Source: the human T2T-CHM13v2.0 reference genome, Homo sapiens
Strand: one strand, 5' to 3'
NCBI RefSeq assembly: GCF_009914755.1
Contig: NC_060931.1
DNA: 64,000 nt
A model generated the notes under the pieces. It was not told where the DNA came from and searched no databases. It worked only from the letters and a program-made list of their open reading frames with translations. This document shows positions 1-19,239 of the stretch, piece by piece; within the stretch, counting starts at the first letter, position 1, and every line of letters starts with the position of its first letter. Both the position numbers and the translations under genes were made by a program.

Positions 1-580
1 AGCCTTTGGGAGGCCTGAGGTGGGCAGGTCACTTGAGGTCAGGAGTTTGAGACTAGCCTGACCAACACGGCGAAACCCCGTCTCTACTAAAAATACAAAA
101 ATTAGCTGCACATGGTGGCTGCACACCTATAATCCCAGCTACTTGGGAGGCTGAGGCAAGAGAATCACTTGAAACCAGGAGGCGGAGGTTGCAGTGAGCC
201 GAGATCGCACCACTATACTCCAGCCTGGGTGACAGGGCGAGACCCTGTTTCAAAAGCAAAACAAAGCAAAAATGTTTTTAAAAAGATGCTCAACGTCATT
301 AGATATTAGAAAAATGGAAATTAAAGTCACAATGCGATATCATTACACACCTATTAGAATGGCTAAAATCAAAAAACACCAAGCACGCCAAGTGTTGGGA
401 AGGGCACAGAGCAATAAGAACCCTTATGCTCTGCTGATGGGAATGTAAAATGGTACGACCACCTTGGAAGAGACTGCCAGTGTCTTAAAATGGTAAACGC
501 AGCCAGGCGCAGTAGCTACGCCTATAGTCCCAGCACTTTGGGAGGCCAAGGTGGGTGGATCACCTGAGGTCAGGAGTTCA

Positions 581-986
<406 letters not shown>

Positions 987-1379
987 TTATAATTATGCTG
1001 AATGAAAGAAGACACAAAGGCTGGGTGTGGTGGCTCATGCCTATATTCCCAGCACTTCGGGAGGCCGAGGCAGAATAGCTTGAGGCCATGAAATTGAGAC
1101 CAGCCTGGGCAACACAGACCCTTTCTCTACAGGAAAAAAAAAAAAAAAAGATGACTCAAAAAAAGAGTACATACTGTATGATTCCATTTATATATAAAAT
1201 TATGGCTGGGTGCGGTGGCTCATGCCTGTAATCCCAGCACTTTGGAAGGCTGAGGCGGGCGAAATCACCTGAGGTCAGGAGATCGAGACCAGCCTGACCA
1301 ACATGGAGAAACCCCATCTGTACTAAAAATGCAAAACTAGCCAGGTGTGGGGGCACATGCCTGTAATCCCAGCTACTCA

Positions 1380-1703
<324 letters not shown>

Positions 1704-2208
1704 TCAAGCCCCAAAGTCTGGCGTTCTTCATCTGAGTCTAATTAGAGCCCTTGTTACATGACCTTGGGCAGGTCAACATGAATAACCTTTGACCTTAATT
1801 TCCTTATCTTTAATGTAAAAAGGTTAAATAAGATCACTCTCAAAAAAGGGCAGGGAAGGCAAAACCCAAAGGAAGATACATGATGGATAGTAAATGAGAT
1901 TTTTATGTTCTATAAAGAAACGATGAGTAAAATAAAAAATTGAGACCTCCTGCCTTGGCCCACACTCAGAATCTGCCCACAGCCCAAAGAGTGGTAGGAG
2001 TGTGTCTCCTAGGCTGGATGACTTCTAAGGTCCACACCATTTCCAACGCACACTGACGTGAAACCCTCTCTCCCTGAACAACTCTGACTTGCTAACGAAA
2101 GATGTGGGTGGTATCTAAGGCAGCAAAGTAACTGACTTTGACAAGTCTGAAAAATCCACCATGGAAACCACTTAAACAGAGAAATTAGAGAGGAAGGAAG
2201 TGGCATAC

Positions 2209-2354
2209 CCGGCTTTCCCAAACCAGTTGCCCATAACAGCAACCACACAGGGCCAACCAGTGGACTGCAGCAGGCCGTTCACAATCCACAGGCAGCAGTA
2301 CAGCCATTTGTTGTAGAAACGCAGCCATTCTGTGAGCGCACCAAAGACAAACAC
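2209..2354 (-). CDS. SLC37A3: SLC37A3 exon 6 (VFVFGALTEWLRFYNKWLYCCLWIVNGLLQSTGWPCVVAVMGNWFGKAG)
   Basis: 146 nt, polypyrimidine + AAG acceptor, CGG|GTATGC donor; GlpT/UhpT-family signature NGxxQxxGWPxxxxxxxNWF; overlaps ORF 2172..2579. Confidence 0.97.
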
Positions 2355-2805
2355 CTTGAAGAGGAGGAAACAAAAGGAATATGTAACAGCCACACTGACA
2401 CTTTCAGTGGACGCCACTCTACCCACTTGCTTCAGAGTAGAGACCACGTGAAGGATACACTCACACAGCCAGTGCCTGTAAGTCACGTGGCCAGCATCAC
2501 AAAGGTCCTGCTCAGAGCCACAGTGAGGAGGCAGCCACCCAATCACTGCCCACCAGAGAGGAGGAGATGCCAAAGACATAAAGTCATTAAGCTATCAGCC
2601 CTCCAACTGACATCTTCAAGGCTAAAAAGTGAATTCCAGGCCGGGCTCACGCCTGTAATCTCAGCACTTTGGGAGGCCGAGGAGGGCAGATCACAAGGTC
2701 AGGAAATCGAGACCATCCTGGCTAACACGGTGAAACCCCGTCTCTAATGAAATTATAAAAAATTAGCTAGGCGTGGTGGCAGGTGCCTGTAGTCCCAGCT
2801 ACTCA

Positions 2806-2961
<156 letters not shown>

Positions 2962-4107
2962 TCACCCTCAGACTGTGCATGTGGAGGGAACAGCAACCTC
3001 CAGAGGGCTGCTGTGAGGACAGAACGAGCCCAGGGAGGCCACCTTTCCCGGAGCAGTGCCAGGTGCTGCTATGGGCAGAGGCACGGGGCGCATGCCAGCC
3101 ACTGTTATGGCTACAGCTCCTGAGTTAATCAACGAAAGCGAAACCTATCAAACTTGTGATCTGCTGAATCATTTAGCAGCTTTCATCAAGGGGCTGCTTT
3201 TTTCCAGGCATTTTGCTCAAGTGGACATTTTATCTACAGTCAAACTCTATTCTGAGAATACTCTGCATGATTAAAAAATAGTATGTATAATACTGTCTAG
3301 TTCCAGTTACAAGACATTCTGGAATAAGTAAAACTGTACACAGAAAAATGATCAGGGGTTGCCAGGGGCTGGAGAAAGAAGGGGCGGTCACAAAACTACT
3401 CATTTGTTGAAAAGTCTGAACAATATGCTTAAAAAGGGCAAGTTTATGTACAAACTGCAGTTTTTAAAAAATACATAAAACACAAAAAAGTCTGTACACA
3501 GGTTTTAAAATAATATGTTTATTATGTGTGGGTGAGCAACTCATAAATAAATAAAGTGCTTCCATCTCTAAAATGTCAAGGGGAAAAAAGGTTTTACTTA
3601 CACTCAAATGACAAACACTGAAAAACAATAGTAGGCCAAACGCAGGGACTTGTGCCGGTAATTCCAGTGTTTGCGGAGGCAAAGGAGGGAGGATCACTTA
3701 AGGCCAGGAGTTCAAGGAACAACCTGGGCAATATAGTGAGACCCCATGACTAAAAAATTTAAAAATTAGCTAAGCATGATGGTACACACCTACAGTCCCA
3801 GCTACACGGGAGGCTAAAATGGGAGGATTGCTCGAGCTTGGGAGTTCAAGGCTGCAGGATCACACCGCTGCACTCCAGCCTGGGCAGCAAATCGAGACCT
3901 TATCTCTAAAAAAATAATCATCATAATAAATTAGGGTCTAACTAAACTCCATGGTTTCATTTAATCAACAAAAATTCCTGACTAGAAGCTAGTAAGCAAT
4001 GACGATTAGTCAGATATGGAGGCTGGGCACGGTGGCTCACCCCTGTAATCCCAGCACTTTGGGAGGCTGGGGTGGGCAGATCACCTGAGGTCAGGAGTTC
4101 AAGACTA

Positions 4108-4299
<192 letters not shown>

Positions 4300-5047
4300 T
4301 TAAAAAAAAAAAAAAAAAGATTAATCAGATATGGATCCTCCCCTACACAGCACTTGTTTCAAATGCCTCACATACAGAAACTCACAGTCCTCACTGCCAC
4401 CCGGGGAGAGCTAATATGCCCATCTCCCTCTGAAGCTCACAGAAATCATAAGCTAGAAAACCACAGAAGACAGACAGAAACCCAGGCTGTCCTTGTCTAG
4501 GGAATCTGTGATTTTAACCACTGCATACCCACCCTAAGGGAAAGCAAGACTGAACCAGAAATAACCAAGCTAAGCGGCAGACTGTTTCAAGTGCCTGCAA
4601 AGAAACAGGCACTGCAGCTCAGAAGCGGGACTGACATTCTCAAAGAGGTGTCATTTGGCCAATGCTTGAAGGAGACTGTGAGTTAGACTATGGAGAGCTG
4701 AAAAGGGGACCATCCAAGGCAGGCAGAACAGGAGAAACAAAAGCACCGAGATAGAAAGGAGCAGGATAGGGCCAGGTGCGGTGGCTCACACCTGTAATCC
4801 CAGCACTTTGGGAGGCCGAGGTGGGCGGATCACCTGAGGTCGGGAGTTCGAGACCAGCCTGACCAACATGGAGAAACCCGTCTTTACTAAAAATAAAAAA
4901 GTTAGTCAGGTGTGGTGGTGCATGCTTGTAATCCCAGCTACTCAGGAGGCTGAGGCATGAGAATCGCTTGAACCTGGGAGGTGGAGGTTGTGGTGAGCCA
5001 AGATTGTGCCATTCCACTCCAGCCTGGGCAACAAGAGCAAAACTCCG

Positions 5048-7291
5048 GACACACAGCCTCTCCCTCCCCCTCCCCCTCCCCCTCCCCCTCCCCCTCCCCC
5101 TCCCTCTCTCCCTCTCCGTCTCCCTCTCTCTCCACGGTCTCCTTCCACGGTCTCCCTCTGATGCCGAGCCAAAGCTGGACGGTACTGCTGCCATCTCGGC
5201 TCACTGCAACCTCCCTGCCTGATTCTCCTGCCTCAGCCTGCCGAGTGCCTGCGATTGCAGGCGCGCGCCGCCACGCCTGACTGGTTTTCGTTTTTTTTTT
5301 GGTGGAGACGGGGTTTTGCTGTGTCGGCCGGGCTGGTCTCCAGCTCCTAACCGCGAGTGATCCGCCAGCCTCGGCCTCCCGAGGTGCCGGGATTGCAGAC
5401 GGAGTCTCGTTCACTCAGTGCTCAATGGTGCCCAGGCTGGAGTGCAGTGGCGTGATCTCGGCTCGCTACAACCTCCACCTCCCAGCTGCCTGCCTTGGCC
5501 CCCCAAAGTGCCGAGATTGCAGCCTCTGCCCAGCCGCCACCCTGTCTGGGAAGTGAGGAGCGTCTCTGCCTGGCCCCCCATCGTCTGGGATATGAGGAGC
5601 CTCTCTGCCTGGCTGCCCAGTCTGGAAAGTGAGGAGCGTCTCTGCCCGGCCACCATCCCATCTAGGAAGTGAGGAGCGCCTCTTCCCGGCCGCCATCCCA
5701 TCTAGGAAGCGAGGAGCGCCTCTTCCCCGCCGCCCATTGTCTGAGATGTGGGGAGCGCCTCTGCCCCGCCGCCCTGTCTGGGATGTGAGGAGCGCCTCTG
5801 CTGGGCCGCAACCCTGTCTGGGAGGTGAGGAGCGTCTCTGCCCGGCCGCCCCGTCTGAGAAGTGAGGAAACCCTCTGCCTGGCAACCGCCCCGTCTGAGA
5901 AGTGAGGAGCCCCTCCGTCCGGCAGCCACCCCGTCTGGGAAGTGAGGAGCGTCTCCGCCCGGCAGCCGCCCCGTCCGGGAGGGAGGTGGGGGGGGGGGGT
6001 CAGCCCCCCGCCCGGCCAGCCGCCCCGTCTGGGAGGTGAGGGGCGCCTCTGCCCGGCCGCCCCTACCGGGAAGTGAGGACCCCTCTGCCCGGCCAGCCGC
6101 CCCGTCCGGGAGGGAGGTGGGGGGTCAGCCCCCCGCCCGGCCAGCCGCCCCGTCCGGGAGGTGAGGGGCGCCTCTGCCCGGCTGCCCCTACTGGGAAGTG
6201 AGGACCCCTCTGCCCGGCCAGCCGCCCCGTCCGGGAGGGAGGTGGGGGGGGGGGTCAGCCCCCTGCCCGGCCAGCCGCCCAGTCCGGGAGGGAGGTGGGG
6301 GGTCAGCCCCCCACCCGGCCAGCCGCCCCGTCCGGGAGGGAGGTGGGGGGATCAGCCCCCCGCCTGGCCAGCCGCCCCGTCCCGGAGGTGAGGGGCGCCT
6401 CTGCCCGGCCGCCCCTACTGGGAAGCGAGGAGCCCCTCTGCCCGGCCAGCCGCCCCGTCCGGGAGGGAGGCGGGGGGGGGGGTCGGCCAGCCGCCCTGTC
6501 CGGGAGGGAGGTGGCGGGGTCAGCCCCCCGCCCAGCCGGCCGCCCCGGCCGGGAGGTGAGGGGCGCCTCTGCCCGGCCGCCCCTAATGGGAAGTGAGGAC
6601 CCCTCTGCCCGGCCAGCCGCCCCGTCAGGGAGGGTGGTGGGGGGGGTCAGCCCCCCGCCCGGCCAGCCGCCCCATCCGGGAGGTGAGGGGCGCTTCTGCC
6701 CGGCCGCCCCTACTGGGAAGTGAGGAGCCCCTCTGCCCGGCCACGACCCCGTCTGGGAGGTGTGCCCAGCGGCTCATTGGGGATGGGCCATGATGACAAT
6801 GGCGGTTTTGTGGAATAGAAAGGCGGGAAGGGTGGGGAAAAAATTGAGAAATCGGATGGTTGCCGGGTTTGTGTGGATAGAAGTAGACATGGGAGACTTT
6901 TCATTTTGTTCTGTACTAAGAAAAATTCTTCTGCCTTGGGATCCTGTTGATCTGTGACCTTATCCCCAACCCTGTGCTCTCTGAAACATGTGCTGTGTCC
7001 ACTCAGGGTTAAATGGATTAAGGGCGGTGCAAGATGTGCTTTGTTAAACAGATGCTTGAAGGCAGCAGGCTCGTTAAGAGTCATCACCACTCCCTAATCT
7101 TAAGTACCCAGGGACACAAACACTTCGGAAGGCCGCAGGGTCCTCTGCCTAGGAAAACCAGAGACCTTTGTTCACTTGTTTATCTGCTGACCTTCCCTCC
7201 ACTATTGTCCTATGACCCTGCCAAATCCCCCTCTGCGAGAAACACCCAAGAATGATCAATAAAAAAAAAATAAATAAAAAAATAAAAAAAA
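5048..7291 (+). mobile_element. Full-length SVA retrotransposon (young D/E/F type, most like SVA_E), antisense in SLC37A3 intron 5
   Basis: C-rich hexamer (~5058-5131), Alu-like domain (~5132-5530), GC-rich VNTR (~5530-6760), SINE-R (~6760-7260), AATAAA 7258-7263, poly(A); perfect TSD AAGAGCAAAACTCCG at 5033-5047 and 7292-7306. Subfamily from memory. Confidence 0.96.
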
Positions 7292-7519
7292 AAGAGCAAA
7301 ACTCCGCCTCAAAAAAAAAAAAAAAAAAAAAAAAAGAAAGGAGCGGGATGTTAGCGGCCTGGAAAGCAGTCCAGCTTGGCTGGAGCAAAGCGATGAAGCA
7401 GAGTGACAAATATGATGGGAAGGCAGGCTGGGGCCAGGGTGTAGTGAATGCCAGGCCATTTATTCAGACTATTAATTAACTCTGCTGGTGCCTGAGGGAC
7501 AACAAAGGAACCTGATTAG

Positions 7520-7609
<90 letters not shown>

Positions 7610-7698
7610 TGAGGCCAGGAGATAAGACTGGCCAACATGGTGAAACCCCGTCTCTACCAAAAATACAAAAATCACCCAGGCGTGGTGAGCTGTACCTA

Positions 7699-7843
<145 letters not shown>

Positions 7844-7977
7844 CTAAGTGAAAAGGCAAATGAGGGATTCGAACAATGAGGATTAATCTTACTATTCTAT
7901 TCTACAGAGAAGTAGGGAGATTACTTAGATTCTAAAATACCTGACCAAAATAATAATAATAAGACCTTTCAACTTAC

Positions 7978-8061
7978 CACTAATGCAGAAGAGCACATGC
8001 CAAAAGACAGAACCCATCGCAAATTCAACCGATCCCCAACGATGCCACTGATGAATAGGCC
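7978..8061 (-). CDS. SLC37A3: SLC37A3 exon 5 (GLFISGIVGDRLNLRWVLSFGMCSSALV)
   Basis: 84 nt, tttttag acceptor, GTG|GTAAGT donor; MFS motif A-like GxxGDRxxxR. Confidence 0.96.
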
Positions 8062-9474
8062 CTAAAAATAAAGCATTTTCTTTTACAGCTCTAAATAATA
8101 ACACAGTATGAAAAAGTAACATGCACTGCAAAGCAAATGAGACAAACACAGATATTATTTAAAATTAACTCTTATACACATGCCGAGGCTACCTGTCTAC
8201 AGGAGTTTCACAAATGTTTCATGAAATGGCAGTGGGCTGGATAACATGGTCAGTAATACAGTGAAAACAAAAAAGTTATGAAAATAGAAGGAAAAAAATA
8301 TTAAAAAAAAAAAGAAATGGCAGCGGGCACACTCTACCACAAACACACCAAAGTTCAGGGCAAACTTTGGTTTTACTTGATTCCCTAACTGGAAAAAAAT
8401 AAATAAATAAGAATGACTCTAATAAAACAAGCACACAAATATACTTCATTTTCTAGACTAGATTAATTCCTACCCATCAGTGATAAGCTATCCCAAAGGG
8501 ATTCCTCTTAGCCATCTGCACTCTGGGTTAACGTGTTACCACACGCCCTGCAGTTTCAGTTCCAACCTTGTAAAAAGTGGAATAGAAGGTTCCAGGGCAC
8601 ACTAGCTGCCTGTTGAATCTGACCCTTGGGTTTCATGACATCCCAAGGCAGGGAGAGTAGGAAGGCAGAGACAATAATTAGCTGGAGACAGGTTCTGCCT
8701 TCTGCTCTCCTCCCACTGAGTGGCAGGAATTAAAATGCTGAGATCATGGCAGGAAGTGAGACTGAAGACCTTAAGCGCAGCACACTTTAGGTTTCTTCCA
8801 TAAATATATAAAATATCTTGACTGAAAACCTAAATTCAGTTAGGACCAGGTGTTTCTAATAAATTGACTATCTCTAAAACTTGGCTGGGCGTGGTGTCTC
8901 ACGCCTGTAATCCTAGCACTTTGGGAGCGGGGAGAATTGCTTGAGGCCAATAGTTCAAGACCAAACTGGCCAACATAGCAAGAACCCATCTCTAAAAAAA
9001 AAAAAATTGGCCGAGTGCAGTAGCTCACACCTGTAATCCCAGCACTTTGGGAGGCCAAGGCAGGTGGATCACCTGAGGTGAAGAGTTCAAGACCAGCCTG
9101 ACCAACATGGTGAAACCCTGTCTCTACTAAAAACAGAAAAATTAGCCAGGCATGGTGGCTTGCGCCTGTAATCCCAGAAACTTGGGAGGCTGAGGCAGGA
9201 GAATCACTTGAACCCAGGAAGCGGGGCTTGCAGTCAGCCGAGATGGCACCACTGCACTCCAGCCTGGGCGATAGAGTGGGACTCCATCTCAAAAAAAAAA
9301 TGAGAAGATAAATTTAAATATGAACGTTTCTCCCTCATTATCATCAAGCTTCCTCATCTTAAGAGAAGCATGTCAGCCTTAAAGTAGATTCTATGTTGTC
9401 TAGCTGCCCCTCATATGGACTTATGCTACACAGAACAAAAGGGATGAAGAAAATCTCAATTCTGCTTCAGATGA

Positions 9475-9810
<336 letters not shown>

Positions 9811-10099
9811 TAGAAACACCTGGTCCTAACTGAATTTGCCTGGCTAATTTTTGTATTTTCAGTAGAGATGGGGTTCTGCCATGTTGGCCAGGCTGGTCTC
9901 AAACTCCTGACCTCAGGTGATCTGCCCTCCTTGGCCTCCCAAAGTACTGGGATTACAGGCGTGAGCCACCGTGCCCCACCAGAATCAATACATTCTGTTT
10001 TGCTGCAGAAAGCAAAATGCCCATAAGTTACAGAAGGAAGTGCAGCTCAAGATAAAAAAAAAACCATGACCATTGATTTTTCATGGCATTGATCCTTTA

Positions 10100-10841
<742 letters not shown>

Positions 10842-11266
10842 CTACTAAAAATACAAACATTAGCTGGGCATGATGGTGTGCACCTGTAATCCCAGCTACC
10901 CAGGAAGCTGAGGCAGGAGAATCACTGGAACTAGGAGGCGGAGGTTGCAGTGAGCTGAGATAGCACCATTGCACTCCAGCCTGGGCAAGAGAGCAAGACT
11001 CCGTCTCAAAAAATAATAATACAATAAAATTAAATAAATAAATAAAAATAACTAACCAAATAAACATTTAGAAACTACTTCAGAACTTTTACCCAGTATT
11101 TCACATTGCCTGGACATTGAGAATTAAAAGGCGTTTTTAATAAGGCACACTTAAAGACAGAAATAAGGCATACTTAAAGACAGCATCTTATATGCTGGGG
11201 AGAAAAGGAAGGCTCCTCTCACAGTCCACGTTCCAGCTGCTGCCACCATCAGCTCCAGAACTCTAA

Positions 11267-13020
<1,754 letters not shown>

Positions 13021-13161
13021 AGAACAAACAATATAAACTTCAGAAATACTGAACTCTGCCTCAGTCAGCAAATTCAAAATCCCTTACAAATTTTGTAAGG
13101 CTCAGGGTCATTTATATTTACATTTTTCTTTAGCTTTAAGCCCTAGAGTTCCAAAACTTAC

Positions 13162-13254
13162 CACAGCATAGGAGAAGAGGAAAATGGTATCCAGTGTGCC
13201 GAGGAAAAGAGTCGCTTTCTCTGCACTGGGGAACAAATGGTTGCTGCTCCAGAT
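13162..13254 (-). CDS. SLC37A3: SLC37A3 exon 4 (IWSSNHLFPSAEKATLFLGTLDTIFLFSYAV)
   Basis: 93 nt open in phase 0, ctgtag acceptor, GTG|GTAAGT donor; MFS TM2 pattern LGxLDxxFLxxYA. Confidence 0.96.
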
Positions 13255-13396
13255 CTACAGTAAGACAGCAGGAACAGGTCAGTCCCTGTAGAATCTGCCA
13301 GGGCTTTCTGTTTCCCAAAGCCCCTTCACAAACACTTCCAAAGCACCAGTAATGCTCAAGAACAACTTTTACTTCAAATGTATTTAGAAATAACTA

Positions 13397-13717
<321 letters not shown>

Positions 13718-14009
13718 CTAGTTTTTTTTTTTGCTTTTATTATTTTTAATTGACACATAGTAATTGTACATATTGAGGGAGTACAGTGTGATAGTTCAAC
13801 ATATATTCAACATGTCATGATCAAATAAGGGCAATTAATGTATCACCTCAAATGTGTATCATTGGAATGCTCAAATGCTAGTGACGAAGTCTTAAGTGAG
13901 AAAGTGGGGCAGTAAGTTTAAAAGCAGACATTTAGAAGAAATAAATTCTGATGATAATCTTTTTGTTTGGCAGAATCCAATATCCAATTAATTCGAAATT
14001 ATGCCTACC

Positions 14010-14099
14010 ATCTAGGGCCATACCACCCTGAAAGCACGCGATCTCATCTGATGTGGAAAGTTAAGTGGGGTCAGGCCTGGTTAGTACTTGGATGGGAGA
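14010..14099 (+). pseudogene. 3'-truncated (tailless) 5S rRNA retropseudogene
   Basis: Matches 5S nt ~1-90 (GGCCATACCACCCTGAA...GGCCTGGTTAGTACTTGGATGGGAGA); no A-tail; direct repeats GAAATTATGCCTACC (13995-14009) / GAAATTATGTCTAAC (14098-14112). Confidence 0.92.
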
Positions 14100-15296
14100 A
14101 ATTATGTCTAACTCCATCTAAGGAAACATTTTACAATACTCTTCAAAAACAATTTCCTCCAGTCAGTGGTTGCCTAGGGCTGACTAAAAAGGGGTACAAG
14201 AGAATCTGGGGGATGATGTTCTATATCTTGGAATAGTTACAACACTATATGTGTTTGTCAAAAATTGTAGAACTGAATACTAAAAAGGTAACTAAAATTC
14301 ACATCTTAATTTTTAAAATGATAAAAAGTGTCCTTCATTAACCTACTTCAATTAAATCACAATGTCTTGCCAACTTTATTATCCTTCTAGTCTGGTACTC
14401 AGAAAACTTATAATCCCAACTCTAGTCCTAAGTATTTGTTGCCCTAGAGAGGCCACTCATCCTAATACTTCTCAACTTCTTCATAGGCACACATAGAAAA
14501 CGATCTTTGTATAACACACTGGAGTAAACTGAAGAAGCTGTTCAAGGTCAGAGTTGATTGGCCTGGGAATATCCACCAGTCTAAAATCAGGAGGAGGCCA
14601 TCCCAAGCCCCACCTAGCAACCCCAGGAGCTTAGGGAAGGGAGATTGCAGCCCAACTACAACCCATTCACGACAAAGCAGCTGAGCAGCTCTCACAGCAC
14701 CTCAGTGGCCAGTCTGCAGAACCACAAAACGAATTCTTTCTATTTTTATTTATTTATTTATTTTTGAGACAGAGTCTCACTCTGTTGCCCAGGTTAGAGG
14801 GCAGTGGCACAATCTTGGCTCACTGCAACCCCCACCTCCTGGGTGCAAGTGATTCTCCTGCCTCAGCCTCCCTCAGCTGGGATTACAGGCACGTGCCACC
14901 ACGCCCAGATAATTTTTGTATTTTTAGTAGAGACGGGGTTTCGCCATGTTGGCCAGGATGGTCTCAATCTCCTGACCTCGTGATCCACCTGCCTCCGCCT
15001 CCCAAAGTGCTGGGATTACAGGCGTGAGCCACCGTGCCCGACCGAGAGCTACGTTCTTTCTAACTGCAAAATGCCATGTATGATTCCGCAGGATGTTTAT
15101 ATTCTTCAGCTGTGTTTAAATCCAGTTTTTAAAATTCCTTTAGAATAAGAACCAAGTCTTACACATATTTATACAGGGTCTAACAGTGAAAAGAACCCAT
15201 GGTTATTTTGTCAATATCTTTTGTAATGAATTAAATAATGTCCATTCATTTTCATTTTAAAGAAAGATGAGCAGGATATATGAAACCAGGCCATGA

Positions 15297-15551
<255 letters not shown>

Positions 15552-15877
15552 TAGCTGGGATTACAGGCGCCCACCACAACACCCAGCTAATTTTTGTATT
15601 TTTAGTAGAGACGGGGTTTCACCATGTTGGTCAGGCTGGTCTCAAACTCCTGACCTCGTGATCCACCTGCCTCGGCCTCCCAAAGTGCTGGGATTACAGG
15701 TGTGAGCCACTGCGCCCAGCCTAGTTTACAGAACTTTCAAAAATGTAATGGGCTGCTTCACAGTGTAGTGAATTTCCCCCGCAATAGACATCCCTGAGGG
15801 AAACGGAAAGGTAATTTCTCAAAGATACAGAAAGGGTTCTTCAATAGGATGGGAGATGGACCAGATCATAGCCCTCC

Positions 15878-17700
<1,823 letters not shown>

Positions 17701-18646
17701 AACTAAATCATTTCTGAGGTACTTACTAATTATAATATCCTGGCATTTCTGAGATGGGTTGTTACAGAAAGAAATTTTGATTTTAGGCCAGGTACGGTGG
17801 CTCACGCCTACAATCCCAAGCACTTTGGGAGGCCAAGACAGGTCGATCGCTTGAGGTCAGGAATTTGAAACCAGCCTGGCCAACATGGCAAAACCCCATC
17901 TCTACCAAAAAATACAAAAACTAGCCGGGCGTGGTGGCATGTGCCTGTAGTGCCACTACTCATGAGACTGAGACGGGAGAATCACTTGAACCCAGGAGGC
18001 AGAGGATGCAGTAAGCTGAGATCGCGCCACTGTACTCCAGCCTGGGCGACAGAGCAAGACTCAATCTCAAAAAAAAAAAAAAAAATGAATTTAGATTTTA
18101 GAATATTAAAGAGGCCGGGTGCGGTAGCTCATGCTTATAATCCAACACTCTGGGAGGCCCAGGCAGGACGATCCCTTGAGGGCAGGAGGATCCCTTGAGA
18201 CCAGGAGCTCGAGACCAGCATAGGCAACATGGTGAGACCCCCACCATCTCTACAAAAATAAAAATAAATTAGCTGGGCATGGTGGTGCACACCTGTAGTG
18301 CCAGAGTACAGTGTCTGAGTACAGGAGGCTGAGATGGGAAGATGGCTTGAGCCCAGGACTTCAAGGCTGCAGTGAGCTATGATCATGCCACTGTACTCCA
18401 GCCTGAGCAACAGAGCAAGACCCTGTCTTAAAAAACAAGGCCAGCGCGGTGGCTCACACCTGTAATCCCAACACTTTGGGAGGCCGAGGTGGGGGTATCA
18501 TGAGGCCAGGAGTTTGAGACCAGCCTGGCCAATATGGTGAAACCCCATCTCTACTAAAAATACAAAAATTAGCCAGGTGTGGTGGCACGCACCTATGGTC
18601 CCAGCTACTTGGGAGGCTGAGGCAGAAGAATCGAAGAATCGCTTCA

Positions 18647-19078
<432 letters not shown>

Positions 19079-19134
19079 TTAAAGACAAAAATCACAATCA
19101 GCAATTTTAAAGAAACATCTTTATTTTTAATCCA

Positions 19135-19239
19135 TGTCAAGTGAATAATGTGCCCACGTTGTAACAAGGTTCAAGGGTGGCACATCTCACACACGTGTGT
19201 GAATACTCAATAATCCAGCTTACGAACTACGAAAGAATC
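19135..19239 (-). pseudogene. U13 (SNORD13) snoRNA retropseudogene
   Basis: Minus strand contains GTGTGAGATGTGCCACCCTTGAACCTTGTTACAACGTGGGCACATTA, near-identical to recalled U13; box C and box D are mutated; short A-tail and imperfect TSD AAAGAAA..ATCTTTA. Confidence 0.88.

Noticed and set aside
4688-7090. Many overlapping Pro/Gly/Arg-rich ORFs
   Set aside because: Translations of the SVA hexamer, Alu-like, VNTR and SINE-R domains.
19135-19239. Functional intronic C/D snoRNA in host-sense orientation
   Set aside because: Box C (TGATGA to GGATTA) and box D (CTGA to TTGA) are mutated, and it has a tail and TSD; treated as a retropseudogene.
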